From Okeania sp. (GTDB lineage: Bacteria; Cyanobacteriota; Cyanobacteriia; Cyanobacteriales; Microcoleaceae): 14,855 bases of DNA. Made by a program: the position numbers and the translations under genes. The notes beneath the pieces were generated by a model, which was not told the DNA's origin, made no database searches, and saw only the letters and a program-made list of their open reading frames with translations. Location: the NCBI RefSeq assembly GCF_035285525.1, contig NZ_JAYKGW010000158.1, forward strand, positions 1 to 14,855, given 5' to 3'. Below, in pieces: positions 8,541 through 14,806 of the stretch. The stretch's first letter is position 1. The number at the start of each line of letters is the position of its first letter.

Positions 8541-8695
8541 GGACTTACGCAGGGAGGGGAACCCAGAAACCCGGTTTCTAGGAGAGGAACCCAGAAAACC
8601 GGTTTCTACAAGAAACCAGGTTTGAGGGGAACCGGGTTTGAGGGGAACCCAGAAACCCGGTTTCTACAAGAAACCGGGTTTCTTTACATAAGTTC
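8541..8695. repeat. Second member of the AGGACTTACGCA / CCCAGAAACCCGGTTTCT MITE-like family
   Basis: Starts with ggacttacgca (8541-8551) and ends with the degenerate tacataagttc (8685-8695). Contains three gaacccagaaa(a/c)ccggtttct units and the 15-bp-stem hairpin agaaacccggtttct/aca/agaaaccgggtttct (8651-8683). Confidence 0.75.
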
Positions 8696-8880
8696 AGTTT
8701 AGGTAACTTCTTTATAGGATAGCAAGAAAGTCAAAAGTAAGATTTGGTCGGCTCACAATTTTGATGCTACAGTAATTTTAGGAAGTTATTTCATATCTTT
8801 AGTTTAAGATGATATAATTTTCAAATCAAAGCATAAAAGTTTTTATTTCAGGAATTTCTAATAATTAAGGAGATAGAATA

Positions 8881-9246
8881 ATGCAACTAGAGAATTATTT
8901 TGAATTTTTAAACCCTGATGATATTAGAATTAAAGGACATCGTATTGGTATTGATGATGTCATAGATTATTATTGGAAAGGATATACACCAGAAAAAATT
9001 CAGACTGAATTACCTACTTTAAGTTTAGAAAAAATTTATGCTACTATTACTTATTATCTACACAATAAGGATAAAATAGATGCTTATATGTCACGGTTAG
9101 CTGCATGGAGGGAACAGCGTTATCAAGAATGGTTAGCTTCTGAACCTTCACCTATGGTAAAAAGAATTAGAGAAATTAAAGCGCAGAAACAAGAAAACAA
9201 AACACAACTAAATAGTATAGATGAAAATCCGTTTTTTACTGGATGA
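8881..9246 (+). CDS. DUF433 domain protein (COG2442-type putative antitoxin)
   Basis: 121-aa ORF with SD AAGGAGA at 8867-8873. IKGHRIGIDDVIDYYWKGYTPEKIQTELPTLSLEKIYATITYYLHNKDKID matches the DUF433 helix-turn-helix-like pattern. Confidence 0.8.
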   Translation: MQLENYFEFLNPDDIRIKGHRIGIDDVIDYYWKGYTPEKIQTELPTLSLEKIYATITYYLHNKDKIDAYMSRLAAWREQRYQEWLASEPSPMVKRIREIKAQKQENKTQLNSIDENPFFTG

Positions 9247-9580
9247 AAATTTGTCGCCTCAACTAAAAATAGCTGTATTAAATATTAACTCATCCATAGA
9301 TATTTTGCGAGTAGGCGATCCAAATACCCCGCCCCTGGCCACACCAGATCCAGATATTTTAGTTTATCTAGAATCATCACAAAGACTACTGGTAACAAAT
9401 AATCGTAAAAGTATGCCTGGACATTTACAACTTCATTGGAAAAATGATCGGCATATTTGGGGTTTATTTTGGTTACGTTCAGACATAACTTTAGGGAGAT
9501 TAGCTGAAGAAATTTGGATGATTTGGGAAACTTCTGAAGCTGAAGAATGGATAGATAAAATAGATTGGATTCCTTTTTAA
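9221..9580 (+). CDS. DUF5615 family PIN-like / Mut7-C-like putative toxin (COG4634-type)
   Basis: 119-aa ORF. The N-terminus MKIRFLLDENLSPQL is the signature start of DUF5615 proteins. It overlaps the upstream DUF433 gene by 26 nt. Confidence 0.75.
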   Translation: MKIRFLLDENLSPQLKIAVLNINSSIDILRVGDPNTPPLATPDPDILVYLESSQRLLVTNNRKSMPGHLQLHWKNDRHIWGLFWLRSDITLGRLAEEIWMIWETSEAEEWIDKIDWIPF

Positions 9581-9709
9581 TCAGCAAATTTCGTTAATCT
9601 TTATTTTCCTCTTTTTGTATTTCATATAACCATCCTTTCTTGCTTATTCAAAAATTATTCTATACTTAAAAATGTTTCCATATTAATCTTAATTCTCAAA
9701 TCTAAAATT

Positions 9710-10627
9710 ATGTTTATTCCTGTAGGTTTTGAACAAAAATCAATTGTCACTTCCCAAGGTCGCATGGTTTACTACACCAATGACAAAGCACCCTGGAAAA
9801 CTGAGACGGACAACACCGACGACTTACCCACTTTAGTATTTTTCCACGGTTTTGGTGGGGGGTCTTCTGCCTACGAATGGTCAAAAGTTTATCCTGCCTT
9901 TGCCTCAGAATATCGCATCCTGGCTCCGGATTTAATTGGGTGGGGGCGTTCAGAACATCAGGCATTAGATTATAAAGTAGAAGACTATGTTACCACAATT
10001 ACCGAATTTTTGGAACAAACCTGTCAACCTCCTACTAGAGTTATTGCTTCTTCCTTGACTGCTGCGATAATGGTGAGAGTAGCGATCGCTCGTCCAGAAT
10101 TATTCAAATCTCTGATCTTGACAACTCCTGCTGGTTTATCTGACTTCGGCGAAAATTATACCCGCAGTTTTTTTGCTCAACTGGTAAGTACGCCAATATT
10201 AGATCGTTTTATTTATAGTGCTGGTGTTGCCACTCCAGGAGGAATTAAAAATTTCTTAGAAACGAGACAGTTTGGTAATCCAAGTTTAGTTTTTGATGAA
10301 ATTGTAGAAGCATATTTAGAGTCAGCAAATCAACCCAATGCTGAATATTCGGCTTTATCTTTTGTTCGGGGAGATTTGTGTTTTGACCTATCATTATATA
10401 TGAATCAATTAACAATTCCCACGGCAATTATTTGGGGTAAAAAATCCCAATTTACAGGTCCCGAAATAGGTCAACGTTTGGCAGATTTGAATCCAGAATT
10501 TGTGCGAATTTTTCAAACATTAGATGATGTAGGTTTAACTCCTCAATTGGAAGTTCCGGCAGTGACTATTGGATTGATTAAAAAGTTTTTAAAGCAGTTG
10601 GATGAAGTACCCGTTGCTGTAGTTTAA
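9710..10627 (+). CDS. Alpha/beta-hydrolase-fold protein with an apparently degenerate catalytic triad
   Basis: 305-aa ORF with the HG oxyanion motif FFHGFGGGS. The nucleophile elbow reads ASSLT rather than GxSxG. WGKKSQF replaces the usual WGxxDxF. GLTPQLEVP replaces the usual GHxPxxExP. Confidence 0.8.
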   Translation: MFIPVGFEQKSIVTSQGRMVYYTNDKAPWKTETDNTDDLPTLVFFHGFGGGSSAYEWSKVYPAFASEYRILAPDLIGWGRSEHQALDYKVEDYVTTITEFLEQTCQPPTRVIASSLTAAIMVRVAIARPELFKSLILTTPAGLSDFGENYTRSFFAQLVSTPILDRFIYSAGVATPGGIKNFLETRQFGNPSLVFDEIVEAYLESANQPNAEYSALSFVRGDLCFDLSLYMNQLTIPTAIIWGKKSQFTGPEIGQRLADLNPEFVRIFQTLDDVGLTPQLEVPAVTIGLIKKFLKQLDEVPVAVV

Positions 10628-10680
10628 GTCTTAGGAAAAATCGGGTTATTTGTAGGGGTGAATGGTATTCGCCCTTCTAT

Positions 10681-10770
10681 TCTAGATAAGTGCTTATGCA
10701 AAATTAATTGTATAATTTCATAAGCAAAATTAATTACAAATTATATAATAAATATTCAAACTTATCTAGA
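10681..10770. repeat. 90-bp AT-rich segment bounded by perfect 10-bp inverted repeats (TCTAGATAAG / CTTATCTAGA), with an internal direct repeat GCAAAATTAATT
   Basis: Inverted repeats at 10681-10690 and 10761-10770 read directly. atgcaaaattaattgta and aagcaaaattaattaca lie inside. Confidence 0.55.
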
Positions 10771-10795
10771 AATTATCAATTATTCCCCCTATTAT

Positions 10796-10945
10796 CTATT
10801 CCCTGTTCCCTCTCTCAACTAGGAAATTATGATTGCTCAACCTGAAAATTATCAAAAAATGACATCCGTCGATTAATTCATAGGTAATATCTCTTTCTGG
10901 AAGAGCTAAAAATTGTTCTAAGTTTAGTTGTGTTTGTGTAATCAT
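10796..10945 (-). pseudogene. Truncated Uma2-family (DUF820) endonuclease gene fragment, N-terminal ~27 codons only
   Basis: The minus-strand ORF reads MITQTQLNLEQFLALPERDITYELIDG, then unrelated sequence running into the ttccctgttccctct repeat and a stop. The LxxFLALPE...YELIDG pattern is the characteristic Uma2 N-terminus, a family highly expanded in cyanobacteria. Confidence 0.5.
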
Positions 10946-10974
10946 ATATTGTACGGAGTAATATCAAGCCCCTT

Positions 10975-11027
10975 TAGGGACGTTGCATAACAAAAATACG
11001 TTTCATGTCGCGCAGCGAAACGTCCCT
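10975..11027. repeat. Hairpin dispersed repeat (TAGGGACGTT ... AACGTCCCTA with core CGTTTCATGTCGCGCAGCG), inverse orientation of 1710-1766
   Basis: Read directly. It lies 48 nt downstream of the stop of the 715-aa gene and could double as its transcript-end hairpin. Confidence 0.8.
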
Positions 11028-11074
11028 ACAAGATTTTGATTAGTATAATAAAAGTTTGATTCATAAATCATAAA

Positions 11075-13222
11075 TTATGATTTTTTCCCACAACGTCGAG
11101 GTCGTTTTTGTAAGTTAATTTCCAACAAATCTGCAATATCGCACTTTAATTTATCTGCTGTTGTCTTATTCGGTTCTATATAACCAAAACCATCATTAAA
11201 AAAGTTTTTCTGATAGAAATAAATCCCTGCTATCCATTCTTTTTTACCTGCTAAATATTCATCTGCTTCTCCAGTAAACTCTTTTTCATCTCTCTCAACA
11301 TACTGAAATTTTACATCATTTTTGAGGATTTTATGAATGGCTTTAACAATTTCTAAACGCGCCTGTTCTCTTATAACTATTGTAGAATTTTGATCTAATA
11401 TTTCTTCCTCTAATTCCCGGACAACTTTTTGAATAATTCTGCTAGTAGTAGGAAATTTTTCTAGTGCTTTTTCCATTTTTACTGTGGAAATTTCATTCAA
11501 ATTAGTTGTTTCTAGATAAGTTGATTTTTCTTCCTTAGAAGGTAGAACTTCTGAAATTTTCTTTGGAAAAATATCTTTAGTATTAAATTTACTAACCTGA
11601 TGTCCTAAACCAAAAAATAAACCGTGGGAAATCATAACTAGAAAAATTATTACCACTGGTCTTCCATACTTCATAATTAATATAGTCATCTTTTCAGAAA
11701 AAACTAATTCTTTCTGAACAGTTAACCCAAAAATAGTTGTTTCATAACTAACCTTTGATTTTGATTTTGGAAACGCTCTAGAAAAAATTATTCTTGGTAC
11801 TTTTCCATTACTAATTTGGTGAAAATAAGCTGCTAACTCATAATCAGGTAATTGAGAAAATAAATCTGCCAAAGGTTGATAATAATTGCAGTTTTCTTGA
11901 GGAGATTTTAACCAAGAAATTAAGTTTTTCCAAATAGCGTTTTTATCTGTTTCTTTACCAAGAGTTTTATTGGATAAACTATTTCCGAAAGATTCTAAAT
12001 CTTCGCGAACTTGTTGTATAATTTGACTAGAATATTTTGACCATAAATTGTCTTTATTGTTGAATAGCCAACAGCAGGCAGGAATAGATATTTTTTTGCC
12101 TAATATTTGGTAGAAGGCATCATTTACTCCTCGTAAAATTAATGGTTCTAATAATTTTTGATTATTTCTCAGTTGTGATTGTAATGTCAGAGATATTTTT
12201 TGCTTTTCATTCTCTTTCTTTTCATTTCTAGTAATATTTAACCAATCTAGATATTCTGCTAAAGTTTCGGGAATTAAAATTGCTCTTAAAGTTAAGAGTC
12301 TAATCATTTGAGAATTAGTATTTCCTTGTTTGATGGCATTACTCGCTCCCAGATTATCAAATAATTTGTTTAAATCTTCTGATGTAATTTCCCCAGTCTG
12401 TAATTTTAAAACTAAATTTTCTATCCATTCTTGTTTAATTTTAGAACCACCAATTAATCCTTTAATTGCTGTTTCTATAGCAGCTTCATCTATATTTTTT
12501 GAGATATTTTTAGGGGAGTTTTCAATAATTTTTGTCTGTATTTCTGTCAGACTTGCTGCTACTTCCGCATTTGCCGGATGAATAATAATAAATTGTTCTG
12601 GTTGTTCTACAGTTTCGGCATGATAAATCCATGATGTAGGTTTTTCATTGGCTTTGGTTTCTGCCATTTTATTAATAATTTGTAAGTCTGATAATTCCGG
12701 AGGAATTATAGCAGGTAAATTTTGATTTTTCAGCCAATCTTGTAAGTCTTTGGGTAAACTTCTTCCTGGTTTTCTAGTGATTTTATGTTGGTTTGGTTTA
12801 CCAATTTCTTTAGTTTCAGATGGATTAAATATAAGGTTAGTTCTATATTGTTTCTGACTATTCATCCAATCTAATATTTGCCAGATATTATCTTTCCCAA
12901 CACAGAAAAAATAACGATAAAAAGAGGTTGAACGCCCATATTCATCTTGCCCGGAAGTAACTACAGCAACTACCGAATAATCTGGTTCTTCACTACTCAT
13001 ACTTAAAACAACTCGCCCAACCAAAGTAGGTTCTTGACTATCACGATTTTTGCCTACTTCAAAACTTTTATTGGCAATTGCTCTGGCTATAGAATGGGGA
13101 ACTTGAGGTAAGGTTAAATTCATATATTCCCCTATTTTAAATCCTTTGGAAATCCATTTACCATCGGGTAATATTTCGGGAATTATTCCTGTGCTGAACT
13201 CGTGAATTTCTATATTTTTCAT
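11075..13222 (-). CDS. Large uncharacterised protein with one predicted TM helix; candidate GTPase-associated partner (possibly GAP1-like)
   Basis: 715-aa uninterrupted ORF in very AT-rich DNA. The N-terminal ~125 aa look like a mixed alpha/beta domain (VGRVVLSMSSEEPDYSVVAVVTSGQDEYGRSTSFYRYFFCVG). The centre is long and helical. A hydrophobic stretch RPVVIIFLVMISHGLFFGLGH covers aa 521-541 (nt 11600-11662), followed by a ~170-aa charged C-terminal region. I recognise no enzymatic motif. Confidence 0.85.
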   Translation of the reverse strand: MKNIEIHEFSTGIIPEILPDGKWISKGFKIGEYMNLTLPQVPHSIARAIANKSFEVGKNRDSQEPTLVGRVVLSMSSEEPDYSVVAVVTSGQDEYGRSTSFYRYFFCVGKDNIWQILDWMNSQKQYRTNLIFNPSETKEIGKPNQHKITRKPGRSLPKDLQDWLKNQNLPAIIPPELSDLQIINKMAETKANEKPTSWIYHAETVEQPEQFIIIHPANAEVAASLTEIQTKIIENSPKNISKNIDEAAIETAIKGLIGGSKIKQEWIENLVLKLQTGEITSEDLNKLFDNLGASNAIKQGNTNSQMIRLLTLRAILIPETLAEYLDWLNITRNEKKENEKQKISLTLQSQLRNNQKLLEPLILRGVNDAFYQILGKKISIPACCWLFNNKDNLWSKYSSQIIQQVREDLESFGNSLSNKTLGKETDKNAIWKNLISWLKSPQENCNYYQPLADLFSQLPDYELAAYFHQISNGKVPRIIFSRAFPKSKSKVSYETTIFGLTVQKELVFSEKMTILIMKYGRPVVIIFLVMISHGLFFGLGHQVSKFNTKDIFPKKISEVLPSKEEKSTYLETTNLNEISTVKMEKALEKFPTTSRIIQKVVRELEEEILDQNSTIVIREQARLEIVKAIHKILKNDVKFQYVERDEKEFTGEADEYLAGKKEWIAGIYFYQKNFFNDGFGYIEPNKTTADKLKCDIADLLEINLQKRPRRCGKKS

Positions 13223-13277
13223 TTTTTAATACCAATTATTAATTCACTTACAATACTCATAAATAAAAATAATCTTT

Positions 13278-13322
13278 AGGGGTTTGGTTTCCAAATTTAT
13301 TGGGTTGGGAGACCAAACCCCG
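13278..13322. repeat. GGGGTTTGGT(T/C)TCC ... GGAGACCAAACCCC hairpin element
   Basis: A 14-bp stem with one mismatch (13279-13292 / 13308-13321), 56 nt upstream of the 715-aa gene start. The same motif family occurs at 14744-14799. Confidence 0.75.
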
Positions 13323-13359
13323 CATTTATAAATCTTACACCCTATTTAGGATTGTTATA

Positions 13360-13466
13360 TTAACACTAAAATTATTGTTTATTTCTTTATTACTTCTTCC
13401 TTGATAAATACATAAGAGGATAGAAATATTGAATATTTAAGTATAGATAGAATGACAAACATATTT
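13360..13466. repeat. Modular AT-rich repeat, copy A, in the spacer between the GTPase and the 715-aa gene
   Basis: Four modules: TTAACA(C/G)TAAAATTATT, a pyrimidine tract, ATAAATA(C/T)ATAAGAGGATAGAAATATTGAATA and AGATAGAAT..AAACATATTT. All are shared with copy B. Confidence 0.8.
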
Positions 13467-13572
13467 GACAGGGCTTTCTATTGCCCGTGAGGTACACCAG
13501 CGCTACTACCATATTTTCACCATTTACTCTGTACATCATCTGCCCTAAATATACTGTACATAAAGATAAAAA

Positions 13573-13683
13573 TTAACAGTAAAATTATTACCTATCTCTT
13601 TTTCTTTCTTCCTTCTTCCTTCTTTCTTTATAAATATATAAGAGGATAGAAATATTGAATAGATAGAATCAAAAACATATTTT
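13573..13683. repeat. Modular AT-rich repeat, copy B, plus a third copy of the first module at 13692-13715
   Basis: Same module order as copy A, with a longer pyrimidine tract (13598-13629). The 24-nt ATAAAAATTAACAGTAAAATTATT is perfectly repeated at 13566-13589 and 13692-13715. Confidence 0.8.
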
Positions 13684-13810
13684 ATATAAGCATAAAAATT
13701 AACAGTAAAATTATTTCCCATTGTCTATGCTCTATTTACTAATTAATAATTAGAAATAGTTTTCATGTTCTACTATAAATTATCCATGCTCCATGCTCCA
13801 TTATCTATTA

Positions 13811-14701
13811 TTAATTATCCATTAATTTTTTGCCTGTACAAATCCAATAAATGGGAGAAACTAAACCAAAAGGTCGCCATCTTTTCACATCTTCTAATAC
13901 AGATGCTACCCCACCACGACCACGATAAATCTGCTGAGAATTTGGTTTAAAATATTTTTTTCCAGTTACACCAAAAGCAGAAGTTGTAAAATATTCCACA
14001 TTTCCCATTCCCAAATCTTGCCAAGATTCTAATCTTTTTAAAATAGTCGGAAATCTGGCTTCTGTTAAAAATTTTGGTCTGTGTCTATTTACCCATAAAT
14101 CTGCTAATTCACATTTAGTTAATACTAAAGCAATTCGTCGTTTTTGACCTAAAATATTGTCTCCTGCTAATGCTACTAAAAGTTTATCAACTCCTTGGGA
14201 ATATTCTAAGTCTTTACGATGAGTTGTACCGTCTATCATTAACATTATTCCTGTGGCTGGAAAACAATCATTTAAGTAGTCTTGAAGTAATTGAGAATCT
14301 TTTTCCTGAAGTATATCACTAAAAAATTCTCCTGAATAATCTTTGCAACTAATATCTAAGTTAAAAACCGTATTTGATAGATTCAATTTATCTGAATTTT
14401 TCAGAACTATTCTCAAACTATAATCACGAATTTCTAATACATCATTGGCTAAACGAGTTGGTTCAATTTGTAACCCTTTTTCTATCAAATTCTTTGCCTG
14501 CTTAATTAAATATTTTCCATCTTGATTGCCTGGAGTAACTGACTCAACTTTACTATAAATATCAGCATTTGAACACCTAGCTAAAGCTGCCAGATAAGTT
14601 GTTTTTCCAGCAGCGCGATCGCCGATGACTCGTAAAATTCCCGAATAATTTTCGGCTTTTATATTCTGATTATTTTTTTGATTAAATATAGATTTAAACA
14701 T
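13811..14701 (-). CDS. Small TRAFAC-class P-loop GTPase (Ras/Arf-like core with insert), uncharacterised family
   Basis: 296-aa ORF. G1 is GDRAAGKTT (aa 27-35, nt 14597-14623). G3 is DYSG (aa 121-124). Strand plus G4 is IALVLTKCEL (aa 190-199). G5 is probably TSAF (aa 239-242). A candidate G2 Thr lies in EPTR (aa 80-83). Confidence 0.85.
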   Translation of the reverse strand: MFKSIFNQKNNQNIKAENYSGILRVIGDRAAGKTTYLAALARCSNADIYSKVESVTPGNQDGKYLIKQAKNLIEKGLQIEPTRLANDVLEIRDYSLRIVLKNSDKLNLSNTVFNLDISCKDYSGEFFSDILQEKDSQLLQDYLNDCFPATGIMLMIDGTTHRKDLEYSQGVDKLLVALAGDNILGQKRRIALVLTKCELADLWVNRHRPKFLTEARFPTILKRLESWQDLGMGNVEYFTTSAFGVTGKKYFKPNSQQIYRGRGGVASVLEDVKRWRPFGLVSPIYWICTGKKLMDN

Positions 14702-14743
14702 TTTTTCAGCATCATTTTATAATAGTCGATTATCAATAATATC

Positions 14744-14799
14744 GTAGGGGTTTGGTCTCCCAATCCCATCTAGCTAGGGTTTGGTCTCCAAACCCCTAC
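14744..14799. repeat. Two tandem GGGGTTTGGTCTCC-type hairpin units (GTAGGGGTTTGG ... CCAAACCCCTAC)
   Basis: gtaggggtttggtctcccaatccc-atctagct-agggtttggtctccaaacccctac, 43 nt upstream of the GTPase start codon. Same family as 13278-13322. Confidence 0.75.
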
Positions 14800-14806
14800 A
14801 TTTTTT

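Noticed and set aside
9285-9587. 100-aa minus-strand ORF overlapping the DUF5615 gene
   Set aside because: It is antisense to an ORF with a recognisable family signature (MKIRFLLDENL), and its own translation shows no motif.
662-10427. Remaining short antisense ORFs in the track (662-859, 2269-2481, 4244-4486, 5538-5753, 7490-7699, 7730-7918, 8302-8490, 9747-9965, 10245-10427)
   Set aside because: Each is fully embedded antisense in a longer ORF with clear family motifs. None shows a recognisable domain.
12330-12581. 83-aa plus-strand ORF inside the 715-aa gene
   Set aside because: It is an antisense shadow ORF within a much longer, coherent minus-strand ORF, with low-complexity hydrophobic translation.
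13530-13560. Two TGTACA palindromes 19 nt apart in the spacer, considered as NtcA/CRP-type sites
   Set aside because: Neither fits the GTA-N8-TAC NtcA consensus, and 6-bp palindromes are expected by chance in AT-rich DNA.
13379-13678. Two tiny minus-strand ORFs starting MF(V/L)ILSI in repeat copies A (13379-13462, 27 aa) and B (13628-13678, 16 aa), considered as small hydrophobic peptides
   Set aside because: They diverge and terminate at different lengths after 7 codons and have no SD. Their similarity is explained by the underlying DNA repeat. They are worth revisiting only if ribosome profiling shows translation.
13765-13950. 61-aa plus-strand ORF overlapping the 3' end of the GTPase gene
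   Set aside because: It is antisense to the GTPase C-terminus and begins in the AT-rich spacer. There is no RBS, and it is a typical AT-rich spurious ORF.
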